From Hemiscyllium ocellatum (lineage: Eukaryota), in assembly GCF_020745735.1 (NCBI RefSeq), contig NC_083445.1, forward strand, positions 26,286,324-26,350,323: 64,000 bases of DNA, in the 5' to 3' direction. Both the position numbers and the translations under genes were made by a program. This document shows, in pieces, positions 1-12,996 of the stretch; position 1 is the first letter of the stretch, and every line of letters starts with the position of its first letter. A model generated the notes under the pieces. The model was not told where the DNA came from and ran no database searches. It was given only the letters and a program-made list of their open reading frames with translations.

Positions 1-995
1 GTGCAGATTTCAGTAAGGCCTTTATTAAGGTTCTATATGTTAGGATGTTCTGGAAGGGGGACCTGGCAAATTACGCAGAAAATTGGTTTAATGGTAGGAA
101 TCAGAGGGTAATAATGGAAGGATGCTTGTTGGACTGGAGGACTGTGACTTGTGGAATGCCTCACGGTTCGGTGCTGGGCCCATTACTGTTTGTTATCTAT
201 ATCCACGATTTGGTTGAGAATGTACAAGGCATGATTTCTAAGTCGGCAGATGACACAAAATAGGCAGTATCATGGACAGTGAGGATGGTTTTCAGAAATT
301 GCAGCAGGATCTTGATCAGCTGGGGAAGTGGGCTGAGAAATGACAAATGGTGTCTAATGCTGATAATTTAGAGGTCTTGCATTTTGGAAAGTCGAATCAA
401 GGCAAGGGTTTCATGGTGAATGGTAGGGCTTTGAAGATTATAGTGGAAAAGACAGACCTTGGAATTCACGAGCATAGTTCCCTGAAAGTGGACTCACAGG
501 CAGATAAGTCAATAAAGAACACTTTTTGGACATTGGTTTTCATCAGTCAGGGCATTCATTATAAAAGTTGGGAAGTTATGGGATGCGTGTAGGAGACTGA
601 GGTGGATTGGTTCTTATTGAAATATGCAAGAAGGTTAGATGTCTGGATAGATTGAATGCATTCAGTCTTTTTCCCATGGTTAGGGAATCGTGGACTAGAC
701 GGTATCAGTTTAAGGTTAGAAGGAAAGAATTTAAGGGAGTCTGAGGGGTTACTATTTTACACAGAGTGTGGAGTGCATATGGAATGAGCTGCCAGTGGAA
801 GTGGTTGAGGGGTTACATTAACAACATTTAAAGGGCATTTCGACAAGTACATGCATAGGAAAGAATTAGAAGGATATGGGCCACGTGCAGGGAAATGGGG
901 TTAGCGTGGATGGACATTTTGATTGGCCTGAACCAGTTTGGGCCAAAAGGCGTGTCTCTGCGCTGTCCGGCTCCCTGACTTGATGACTCTTTGAC
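1..995 (+). mobile_element. CR1-type LINE, degenerate 3' part (RT C-terminus and 3' UTR)
   Basis: ORF fragments read ...WFNGRNQRVIMEGCLLDWRTVTCGMPHGSVLGPLLFVIYI...SKSADDTK ([15 protein letters not shown] region) with stops; typical CR1 3' end. Boundaries approximate. Confidence 0.85.
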
Positions 996-1274
996 ATTAA
1001 GAATAGAACAAATAGATGATGCTCTGAGAGAAATTATTATTTTGGAGGAGTTCAACAATCACTTCTTGAGATCGTGAGAACTCATGTTGAAAAGCAAAGT
1101 GTTAAAACTGTAAGATTAACAGCTGAAATGGCTGGTAATTATGAATTGGTTCATAAATCAATGTTTGGCTTCCAACAGCAAGTTCAATCCATGGCAGATT
1201 GAAATTGGGGCAAAGAGAAATTCTAATATGGTAGGGGAAAAGTAGATCTCCATGAAGATAATAAAGGTGGTATA

Positions 1275-4200
1275 TGTTATGACACAGTCGTGAAGCCCTC
1301 TGCTAATTAAACCAAACAGCCAGATGTTTCATGCGAAAACGTACCTTGGATAGAGGGTGCTTGGCTAGCAGTAACTCTGGCGATGACAGTTGGTGTCTAG
1401 CTCTCTCGCTGGCTAATCCTCAAACTGCTGGCTTCCGTTATACCCCAAACATTGGATGGTCTCATTGGTTCGAAGTTGTCAAAACAGTAAAATTAAAATT
1501 CGATTAGGCTTGAGGATCTGAGGCGTAATTTAAATTGGTTAAATTCAAACTGTTGTAACAAACGTAACAACCAAAAGTCAGGTATTTGTTTCACAGCCAA
1601 ATGTTGCATATTTTGACTTTTCCAGGACACTCTGAGCCTGTTTGTCAATCAGATGACAGGTATATGCAAGCTCTCAGTGCAAAGCAACTTTCACTCTCTT
1701 TCTTAAAGATATTGCACATGCATTTGTAACACCTACTCTGGGAAGAAAAATATGAACCATTATAATGAAAAGATGGTTTCATCTTTTTTCTAATTCTTCA
1801 CTGCATTGTAATGAAATGCATATGTGTAAAACATTGGTATCTGTTTTATCTTATCTATACTTTATCCGGTAAATCCGCAATAACGCATCTGTTATCACAT
1901 TTTTACGACCTGCAACATATACAATTCGTAACATAAAAAGTCTGTAACATAAGACTCCAATGAAGTAGCTTCATATCCTTTTCTTTAAATCATTCAAAGA
2001 ATGTAAGAGGATTGTGAGTCATGTACACAACTGTCTCTGAAACATTGATCATCACATAAACATTAAAATGTTGTAAAACCAGTACCAAACTCAATAGTTC
2101 CTTTTTGATGATAGGGTATTTTCTCTGGTGTGTGTTGAGCTTCTTGGAAAGTAACAAACCTGTTGTTCAATTCTATCATCATCTGCCTTGAGCATCGATT
2201 GCAACTTTGAAGGGTTTCAAAAAGTTTGGTGTAGCTAAATCTGGTGCGGTGGTTCATACTGCCTTTAAATTGTCGAATGGCTCCTGTCATTGTTCTGTCC
2301 ACTGAAACTTCGTGCACTTCTTCAGTAAATCCATTAATGGTACCACTACACTGCTGAGGTTTGAAGCAAACTTCAGGTGGAATCCATTTAGTCTCAAGAA
2401 TCGAGACACCTCCTTCTTCAAGGTTGGTATTGGAAATTCCTCGATGGGCTTCTTCTCTCCATTGCTTGGGGTAAACCTTCCATGGCAGATGTTATGCCCC
2501 AAGAATGTCACCCCTGCCTTCGAAAATCCGGTTTTTTTACTCTTATCAACGATTTTCTTCTCATAGTCATTTCTCGTAGCTCTGCCAACTATATCATGTG
2601 ATCGTTTCAGGACTCACTAAAAATCATTACATCGTTCAGATAGACTGTACGGTTTGTTAACACAGCCACAACTCTGTTCAGGAGTCTTTGGAACGTGCCG
2701 AGTGCATTCTTCATTCCAAGGGCATTACTTTGAATTGATATAGCCCATTTGGGGTAAGAAACACAGAAATTTCTTTCACTTTCCCTCATCATGGTAATTG
2801 TCAATAACTTGGCAGTAAATCCAACTTTGTGATGTAACTGACTTATACAACTTCCTCTATATAATCCTCCAATCTCGGCATAGGGTATGAGCCTAATTTT
2901 GTCATGTCTTTGACATTCCGATAGTCCACACAAAATCATTGAGTCCTGTCAGGTTTAGGAACTCACACAATCGGTGAACTCCACTCGCTCTGACTCTGTT
3001 CAGTGGTATCTTCATTGAGCAGCGTATCCACTTCCATCTGGACCGGTGTGGTTTGAAAGGATTAAGCCTGTAAGGGTGTTATTTTATCAGAACAGCATTC
3101 CCTACAGCTACCTCATGCACAATAGCATTTGTCCACCCCATCTTATTCCTGCATATGTCCTCATACTGCTTTAACAAACCTTTCAACTGTGTTTTTTGCT
3201 CCTGAGAAAAATAGTTCACTAACCTATCCCACTTCTCAAGGACTTCCTCACCCTTAAACATCTTTTGAGGCACATAAAACTCCACAACATCTGGATTTGA
3301 TTCCTCACTCTGCGGTGCAGTATCTAACTTCTGTTTCTCTCGTTCCTTCTCTGTATTACAAAAATATTTCAACATATTCACATGACATTCCTGATACAGT
3401 TTTATTTCTTTCTATCCAGCATCCTTACCAGATGATTTACTTGACTTAAGTTTTTCTCGATTTGATAGGGACCACTAAACCTGACTTCGAAGGTATCTCC
3501 TACCCCTGGGAACAAAACACAACATCATCCTTACAGGAAAACACCTGAATTCCAGAGTTTTTTTTTAAACTGCCACTTGCTTCATTCTATGCTGTGCCCT
3601 CTTTGGGTATAGCTATCTCAGTTACCTGATTAAATCTCTCACTCACCTTCGATACATAATCCAAATGTGAGATCTCTGAGTTTGGTCATGTCAATTTCTC
3701 TTTAATTCGTTTCAAAGAGCCTTGCAATTCATGTCCGAATATTAACTCAAAAGGAGGAATCTGAGTAGATTCGTTTAGGCATCTCTCATTTCAAACAATA
3801 CAAATTTAATATCTTTATCCCAATCAATGAAGTAATCTTGACAGTATGCTCTCAACATGATGTTTAGGGTCTATTGCCAACTCTCTGAAACTCCCTGGGA
3901 TTCAGGAGTGAAAGCACTTGATTTAAAGTGCTGTGTGCTTTAGTTATCTATAACCTCCTTAAACAGTCTGACAGTAAAATTAGATCATTGATCTGACAGA
4001 ATCTCTCTGGGTAGCCGATAACACGTGAAGAAAGCTACTAACTCCTCCACCACCCTTTTTGCCTTATCCTCCATAATGAAATTGCCTCCAGAAATCTGGT
4101 GGACACATCCATTATGGTTAACAAGTACTGGTTCCCACATTTTGTTCTCTGGAGAGGACCTGCACGATCAATTATAATCCACGTGAAAGGTTCTGCAAAT

Positions 4201-5826
4201 GCGGGAATTGGCTACAAAGGTTCTGGTTTTATTACTGCCTGTGTCTTACCTACCATTTGGCTGCCTGGAACACTTCCTTTCTGTATGCTACCGGCCCAAC
4301 TATTTCATGGACGTCTGCTATTTCACCTCTGCACTATGCCATTATCTCCATTTCTGCCTTTGGATTCTATCTTTAAGATAATAAACGTCAGGTATATTCT
4401 CTGCCTCCTTTTCTGAGTACGCAACAACATATATGTATTTTATTGCTTCGTCTGTCAGCGGTACATCCATTAGCCTTGTAGGACAAAACACTTCTTCCTG
4501 ACCCTGTGCCTGTTCAATTTTTTCATACATCATTACGTCAAACGGAGTGTCCGTTAACTGAACCTCAATATCTTCATGTTTCTCATTAGTTTTTTCTTTG
4601 TGCTGTAATTTATGATAGTGGGATCTGGTTACCACACAGTCTGGGAAAATACCAGGGTGTTTTTGTTTTAACTGCTCCGTTCCTTGGTCTTCTTTGGGCT
4701 TTCCTACAACAAGGGGTGTCACTCCCACCTTGGATCCTGCTAAATCATTCCTAAGAACAAACTGAATTCCTGGAACTGACACTTCGTCAATCACTCCCAC
4801 TGTTACTTCCCTTGTCTTGAGTTGGCACTCCCACTTGATCTTACATAGCAGAATGCCATATTTCTGTCCATCTATCCAACAAATTACCCTCTCAGGTAAC
4901 AGTTCATAAAGAGTGCCAACACGTTCATCTCTTCTTATTACAGACTGGTTAGATCCTGCATCGCTCAAAATTATAACTTATTTCCTCCTCCCCTGTTCTT
5001 TCTGAGTAACCTTTACCCACAGAGGTGTTTGGTTTTTTGTAGCGATCAGGTGATACCTACATATCCAGACCTTACCGAGGCTGTGTACTCTACTGCAGTT
5101 CCTCGACTTTTCTTGTGTTTTCCTTCACTAATACCACTGGCTTAGCTCATTCACCATGTCTTCTCCTTTCTTTAATAACCAGCACTGTGACTTTACGTGT
5201 CCAACCTTCTGGCAGTGAAAGTGCCTTTGCCAATGCCTTTCTGAAAGAACTGGCACTGTAATTTTCTGTGTCTCGCTCCATTACAGTGAAAACACCAGCG
5301 GCCTTTCACCTCCTTTCCACCCTCTTCAACTTCTTTAACCAGTGGTAAACAATTAACAGTGCTCTCTAATCTTTGTTTTGTTGTGTAGGATCGCCCCTTC
5401 TTCCAATTTCTACTCCTCATAGGATGAAATTCTTGCTGGAAGCTAACGTATGTCTTATGTACCAATGTATATTCAACTAACATTCCTGCTGCTTTTCTTA
5501 CTTCTTGAACTTTCTGTTCCTCCACATGAATTCTTATTATCTCTGGAAGAGAGTTTTTAAACTCCTCCAGCAGAATAAGAGCCTCACAGGTCTTATCTAT
5601 TTTTAAGGCCCACACCCAACTATCAAAATGACCAGGTTAAACACAACATAGGACTGATCCGTTTCCTTCTTTGCGTTTCTGAATCTGAAGTCTGTACACT
5701 TCTGAAACCAATTCATAAGCACTCAAAATAGCCTGTTTGACAATCTCTGAACGCTTCATCTGACAGCGCTGCAAATACCTCACCAGCTCTGCCTAACAAT
5801 TGAGTCTGAACTAGAATTACCCACAA
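1275..5826 (-). mobile_element. Gmr1-like Ty3/Gypsy LTR retrotransposon, degenerate; 3' LTR at left, gag end cut by a CR1
   Basis: LTR end TGTTATGACA at 1275 matches other LTR copies. The - strand carries gag (LILLEEFKNSLPE; zinc knuckle CFHCNGARHRKLQC), protease (DAGSNQS), integrase remnants, then RT (ILCGL...) and RNase H remnants. Confidence 0.85.
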
Positions 5827-7420
5827 GTCATAGAATCATCGAGATATACACCCTTACGTCCAAATCGTCCACACCGTCCAGATATCCTCACCTAACCTAA
5901 TTCCATTATCTAGCGCTTCGTCCTTATCACTCGAACCCCTTCCTATTCAGATGCCTTTTAAATGCTGCACCTTTACCAGCTTCCACCACTTCCTCTGGCA
6001 GCTCATTCCACACACGCAACACTCTCTGTGTGAAAAGGTTGCTCCTTCTGTCTCTTTTATATGTCTTGCTTCTGACTTTAGACCTATGCCCTCTAGTTCT
6101 GGACACGTCCCATACCAAATAAAAGAGTTTGTTGATTTACCCTATACATGCCCCTCATGATTTTATAAACCTCTGCAATGTTACCCCTCGGCCTCCACAC
6201 TCCTAGGAAAACTGCCCCAGCCTATTCAGCCTCTCTACATCACTCAAATCTTACAACCTTGGCAACATCCTTGGACATCCTTTCTGAACCCTTTCAAGTT
6301 TCACAATATCCTTCCGATAGAAAGGAGACCTGAGATGTTTGCAATATTCCAAAAGTAGCCTAACCAACATCCTGTACAGCCACAATATAACCTCTGAGCT
6401 CCTTAACTCATTACTCTGGCCAATAAAGGAAAGCATACCAAACACCTTCTTCATTAACCCATCTACCTGCGACTCTAATTTCAAGGAGATATGAACCTGC
6501 ACACCAGGGTCTCTTTGTTCAGCAACATTCCATAGGACCTTACCATTAAGTGTATAAATTCTGTTCTGAGTTGCTTTCCCAAGATGCAGCACCTCAGATT
6601 TATCTAATTTAAAATCCTTCGACCAGTCCTCAGTCCATTGGCCTATCTGATCAAGATCCCATTATACAATGACATAACCTTGTTCACTGTCTACTACACC
6701 TCCAATTTTGTTGTCATCTGAAAACTTGCTAAATATACCTCTTTTACTCACATCGAAATCATTTATGTAAATGACAAAAAGTCGTATACCCAGCACCGAT
6801 CCTTGTGGCACTCCACTGGTCACAGGCCTCCAGTCTGAAAAGCAACCCTCCACCACCACCCTATCCTCTATGTTCAACCCAGTTCTGTATCCAAGTGGCG
6901 AGTACTCTGTGTTTCGTGAGTTCTACCTTGCTAACCAGTCCATCATGGGGAACCTTGAAGAACACTTCACTGAAGTCCATATCGAACACAATCACCGCTG
7001 TGCTCTCATCAATTCTCATTATTACTTATTCAAAATAACTCAATCAAGTTCATGAGACGTGATTTCCTACACACAAAATCATGCTGACTATCTCTAATCA
7101 GTCCTTGCCTTTCCAAATACATGTAAATTCTGTCTCTCAGGACTCCCTCAAACAACTTGTCCACCACTCAAGTCAGGCTCACTGGTCTATAGTTCACCTG
7201 CCTTTTCCTTACCACCTTTCTTAACTAGTGACACCACGGTATCCAACCTCCATCCTTCCAGGACCTCACCTGTGAGTATCGATGATGCAAATATTTCAGC
7301 AAGGGTCCCAATAATCACTTCCTGAGCTTCTCACAGAGTTTCAGGTACACCTGATCAGGTTCTAGGGTTTTATCCACTTTTGTGCATTTTAAGACGTCCA
7401 GCATGTCCTCCTCTGTAATG
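5827..7420 (-). mobile_element. CR1 LINE, 3' half, degenerate
   Basis: - strand ORFs [24 protein letters not shown]...FSDDNKIGG and LHLGK...LLEYC; 3' tail at ~5830. Confidence 0.9.
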
Positions 7421-7524
7421 TATTCTTTAACTCTAAACGTGGAAAATAAACAACAACTTCTTACAACTCTAAGCCTCCTTCCTCTTAAAAGTCTATTATC
7501 TACCTCCAATTCTACAACAATATA

Positions 7525-7845
7525 CTGATCCAGTAAAAGCTCCTATTAAAATTGCATCAACTTAAGCTCAACACCAGACAGTGGATGGAGACCAGAATTG
7601 CATGCAAGATTCCAACAGTGGCCTAACCAATGTCCTGTACAGCCGCGACATGACCTCTCAACTCCTGTACTCAACACTCTGACCAATAAAGGAAAGCATA
7701 CCAAACACCTTTTCACTATCCTATCTACCTGTGGCTCCACTTTCAATGAGCTATAAACCTGCACTCCAAGGTCTCTTTGTTCAGCAACATTCTCTAGGAA
7801 CTTACCCTTAAGTGTATAAGTCCTGCTAAGATTTGCTTTCCCAAC
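7525..7845 (-). mobile_element. CR1 LINE fragment
   Basis: QVYSSLKVEPQVDRIVK motif, near-identical to other CR1 copies in the window. Confidence 0.8.
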
Positions 7846-10800
7846 AGTTGCTCAAAGTCTTCACTGCATGCAGACTATTCACAGAGATACAATCAGATCA
7901 AGCGTCAAATTTTGTATCAAAATTATTCATGAAAGTTATGGATAGCTTCGGAATAAAGCAATTAAAATCTCCTGCGGACAATCAAGAATTGCAGGGAGCG
8001 GTAGAAAGGTGGCATCAGATATTAAAGGAGAAAGTGAGGCCTGCAGATGCTGGAGATCAGAGTTGAAAATGTGTTGCTGGAAAAGCGCAGCAGGTCAGGC
8101 AGCATCCAAGGAACAGGAAATTCGACGTTTCAGGCATAAGCCTGAAGAAGGGCTTATGCCCGAGACGTCGAATTTCCTGTTCCTTGGATGCTGCCTGACC
8201 TGCTGCGCTTTTCCAGCAACACATTTCCAGATCAGATATTAAAGACCAGACTTGGGGCTATACTTAAGACTATCCAGATGATTGGGATAGGAGCTTCCAT
8301 TTGTGCTTCTTGACATCAGAGAAACACCAAATGAATCGACCAAATACATACATTTAAATTCGTTTTTGAGGCATGAAGTGAGGGTAACACTGAAATTAAT
8401 AAAGGAGAAATTGGTGAGTCGGAGTTCAGATTCCGCATATTTGGGCTATGTGTTAAATTTTGGGGAACGGTTAAATAGAGAAAGGCTCGACAGCACTTCA
8501 AAATATCACAGTATACGACAACATAGGAAGCGGACAAGTAAACAAAAACTCGTACTTTTGCGAACAGAGATAAGGTATTAGTGATAATTTCAGTCATAGC
8601 TGAAATTTTAAAAACGTGGTTTAGTTAGTCTTAACAAGTTGAAAGGGCATTGAGTGAGATGGATTATTTGATAAGGACTCCAGACAGAAAATAAATCAGA
8701 CAGAGAGTGTCACATGAATCTGCTCAAAAGCTATTTTGACACGGAAGGAAAGCAAAAGGAATGTTGTTACTGATTACAACACAAAGTGAAGAGCCAAGTT
8801 CACAGGATTCTGAATTAACCATTCCTCAAATTAAATTGGACAACTGAGAAGTTGTCAAAAATTGGGATAAATGATTGAGTTACCTTCCAGAGGAAAATTC
8901 AAATGAACTGAAATGGTTGTTGTTATTGGATGGAGAGATATGTGGAAATAACCTGGGAAGTACTAATCTAACTTTGCATGATGTGGATATAGTAAATGCT
9001 GTTCCAATTCTGCAATATCATTTATGAACATAACCCTTGAAAGTTGGCATGGTTTCAAAATAAGATTAAACACTTTCTCCAAGATAACAGAATTGAACTG
9101 AGTTGTAGTGACATGAGCTAACCCACAGTTATGATGCAAACATCAGATGGTACCCAGTGATTATATGGAGGCTATCGCAAAGTCAGTAAAGTTAGAAAAT
9201 CATATTATTATCTGATTCCGTGTTTGGAAGACTGTATTGAGAAGGTGCGACAAGCAACCTATATTTCTAGGTTAGACTTACTCTGAGGATACTGACAGGC
9301 ACCCTTATCCGAAACAGCAAAGAGAATTATTGCTTTTGTAACGCCGACTGGACTGCATCAATTTAAAATCATTCCATTTGGTATGGCAAATGCGTTAGCT
9401 ACATTTCAAAGATTAGCCAATAAAGTCCTTATCCAATGTGCGGTGAATATCAATGATCTGGTGTTTTTTTAGTCATATGTGAAAGGGACATTTGTAGCTT
9501 TTATTGGAAATATTTGATTGACTTCAGGAAACAGGCTTGGTGATAAACCTCGCTAAGAGTGAATTCACCAAAGCCTAAGTCATGTTCCTGGGCCATGTTA
9601 TTGGACATAGGCAGATGGTCCCAAGGAATGGGAAGACAAAGGTTACTAGGGAGTTTCCCATGCTATTGACAAAGAGAGCAGTAGAATGATTCCTGGGACT
9701 GAGTGGGTTTTACCAGAAAATCATATCAAATTTCAGCAGTGCCGCTGCTCCACTCACTGAATTGCTAAAGACATGCAGGAAATTTCATTGAATGCAGACT
9801 GTCCGAAGGCATTTGACAGCCTGAAAGCTGTGTTAACCACTGGCTCAGTATTAACTACAACTAATACGTTAAAGCCGTTCATGGTGGCTATCAATGCGAG
9901 TGATGTGGGTGTTGGTGCTGTGCTCTTACAGGAAGTTGATGAGAGGATAGAAACACCTATTGCATATTTATTCAGGAAATTAAACATACATCAACACAAA
10001 TATTCAACAATTGAAAAGGAAACTTTGAGGCTTGGTGTTGGTGTTACAACATTTTCACATTTATGTTGCCTGTACTGTGTCTAAGTCAGTCTTGCATTCT
10101 GATGACAACCAATTAAAGGTTTTGAAGAAACCCAAGGACAAACATTCCAGACAGTTTAGATGGAGCTTATTATTGCAACTGTTCAATTTGAAAATTATAT
10201 ACCGAGAAGGATGAGAAAACATTATTGTCGGCACATTATCAAGACTTGGATGAAGAAGAATGGAAGTGTTCAGTAGCAGAAATAAACAGAGTGAAATAGA
10301 ACGTAGTCGTGAATGTTTGCATGGTTATAGTCAGTGCAATGTATACGTATTGTTGAGTACTAACAGAGTAATGCTAAAGCATTTAAAATGAAGGTACTTT
10401 TGCACATTGAAGCCTCTTTTTTTTAAAATGGGGAGATGTGACGGTGCTGCCACTTTAGAAAGATCATTTTGTCATTGTGTGTCTGTTTTCCCAAGAGAGA
10501 TTATAAAGGCAGAGGTACAGAAGTATCGAGTTTAACACTGGCAGGGGATGGCCAATTCTCCAAGTTCAGATTTTTTTCTCTTATTTCGTAGCAGTCCACA
10601 TGATGCTGAAAGCTTGAAAGCTTCAGCAGATGATTCCTGACTGCCTCTCCCTTTGTCTGAAATCTCTTTGGAAGTTCCTCCCTTCTGCCTGTAAGAATCT
10701 GTGTTTGCATTTAAGTTGCTGTATCCAGTCATATTCTGTTTTCTAGGAATTATGTTATTTGAAAATCATATTACTTTTGCTTATGTTTAAACTGTAGTGT

Positions 10801-10930
10801 TCAAATAAACTCAGTTTTTCTTAAAGATGAGTGGTTTGAGCAGTTACATCGCTGCTGGAGCGCCTACTTCACATCTGCCTTCAAAATATGAAAACGTTAG
10901 GGTCCAGGCTACATTCGTAAAATAATTTAA
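7846..10930 (+). mobile_element. Gmr1-like LTR retrotransposon fragment (integrase-RT-RNase H), polypurine tract and 3' LTR from ~10437
   Basis: EIQSDQASNF...GAVERWHQILK (integrase), then RT remnants, then AFDSLKAVLT...INASDVGVGAVLLQ...YSTIEKE (RNase H); AAAATGGGAGA followed by TGTGACGG. Confidence 0.8.
8028..8230. mobile_element. Palindromic Penelope-pLTR-derived insert with perfect 14-bp TSD
   Basis: About 75-bp inverted arms (AAATGTGTTGCTGGAAAAGCGCAG...CTGCGCTTTTCCAGCAACACATTT); TSD ATCAGATATTAAAG at 8014-8027 and 8231-8244. Confidence 0.85.
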
Positions 10931-11689
10931 GGGTGTCTGTCCTGGTCCATGAAAATTGTCTCTACGTCTTTTAATACTCCACTGAGACATATTTCAGTAA
11001 TTATTCGACACAACCATTCTGTTTTTTAATATGTATTCCATTATATTTTCACAATGACTTATTTCTTCCAAATCTATATCTTGTACTGACTCATTTATTC
11101 ATGGACTGGTCAGTGTCTCGATCTCTTTTCCTTTTCTGCTGGAGCATTTTCATGATATTGCAGAACTATACAATAGCTCTGTCCAATCAAGTTTAGATCC
11201 TCCTTCTCTTCTTATTGTTGTACTCATTATCATCTTTAATACTACCTGAGATCCTGGGAGTACAGAATTTGGATTGATCTTCTTTTATGTCGCATATAAC
11301 CTATTGTAGCTGCTGTGAAGGTTCCAGCCAACTTTTCTGCTTACATTGCATAGAGGCCTAACTCATTTTAATGCATTCCTGATCCTCTAGAGTTTGGAAG
11401 ATGTTCTTCCTCACCTCGCCATTGCCTCTATGGCCAATTATTTCACTTCAGTATCCTTTAGTTCCTCTTCTTTGCATGAAGGGGAACACATCCTTTATTT
11501 CTCTGAACAATCTCCTCATCATTTTACATGTGTCAATCAACCCCATCTCCTACATTTCTCCTGAAAAGGAAACTACTCCACCTTCCACAACATGCCCGGG
11601 GAGTGGAAGCTCCTCATGTATAAATATGGTCTTGAATACTTTCGCTGTACTATATCACGCCTATACATTAATAGAATCCCTAAGGCATG

Positions 11690-12010
11690 GAAGCCAGCCA
11701 TTCGGCACATCATGTCCTCAGCGATCCTCCAGAGAGCATCCCACCCCGACCCAAACCCCTTCCCTATAACCCTGTTTTTCCAGTGACTAATCGACCCAGC
11801 CTGCACATTCCTGGGCACTATTGGTAATTTAGCATGGCCAGTCAACCTAATTTGTACATATTTGGATTGTGGACTTAAAGCAGAGCACCCAAAGGAATCC
11901 AGGCATAACAATGCACAAACTCCAACTGAGTTGCCTGAGGGTGGAATTAAACTCAGCTCCTTGGTGCTCTGAGGTAGCAGTGCTAACTGCTGAGCCACCA
12001 TGATGCCCAA
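11690..12010 (-). mobile_element. V-SINE (HE1-like), degenerate
   Basis: Reverse complement begins GGTGGCTCAGCAGTTAGCACTGCTACCTCAGAGC and resembles the young copy at 30132. Confidence 0.75.
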
Positions 12011-12900
12011 AACTGTTTGCAGCATTCAAAGTTACGCCTTATGAAATTTCTACAGAGGTTTCAAATCCTGCTGATTTGATTTGGTTTGAATTATTGTCAC
12101 ATGTACCTCCGTACAGTGAAAAGCTGTGTTTGCGAGCAGTACAGGCAGATCATAGTAAACAAGGACACAGATCATAGAGTGAGAAAAACATATTTAGACA
12201 GAGTAAGGCTTTCAGGTTACATCCCACAGGATGTGTGTGAGGCAAGATCAACATATTTGAAGTTAAAGAATCCACTCATCAGTTTAATAACGGCCAGGAA
12301 GAAGCTGTTCCGGGATGTGTCGGTGCGTGTGTTCAGCTTTCTGGAATTCCTGTTTGTAATAAGTGATTGTAGGAGATCATTACTGGGTTGCGATTACCAT
12401 GATGATGTTGGCTTTCTTGCTTTTCCATTCTGTGATGTGTTATAATTGTGTTACTTTCTTCTCTTATTGCCTCTTTCCATTCTTTCTCACTAACTTAATC
12501 GTGCTAAAACTCTGTGTGCTACATTGCAGGTGTCATTTGTTGGCGTATTCCACAAATCTCTCCAGGTCGTTATAAAATTCTGAACCATCTTACTCCTTGT
12601 TCACAAAGATTGGCTAGTTACATGTTATTGCAAAGTGTGAAGTTGCGCAATTTATGCCAAGGCTTTATCTACCTGTAGAATATCACTATGAACCTTTTTA
12701 CAGTCCAAAGTTTAAACAAAACAAACTTTTAATCCATAATTTTGCCAACTTGCTCTAGAGTCTATTGTGAAGGACGTTTTCAAATAAATATTTGAACTGC
12801 ATGTGGAGCACATCAGTCGAATTAGTTCAGCATCACCTTTGTTAGCCACACCAAGTGGGTGTGTGTGATTAACCCTAAACAATCCTCTGATGGTTTCTTG

Positions 12901-12996
12901 CATTAATCAATAATTCTCAATGCTCATTAATCAATAATTCTCAATGCTCATTATTCAATAATTCTCAATGCTCATTAATCAATAATTCTCAACGCT
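12901..12996. repeat. Minisatellite, 4 x 24 bp (CATTAATCAATAATTCTCAATGCT)
   Basis: Four head-to-tail units; units 3 and 4 each carry one substitution. Confidence 0.95.

Noticed and set aside
12901-12996. CRISPR-like array
   Set aside because: No spacers, eukaryotic context; a simple tandem repeat.
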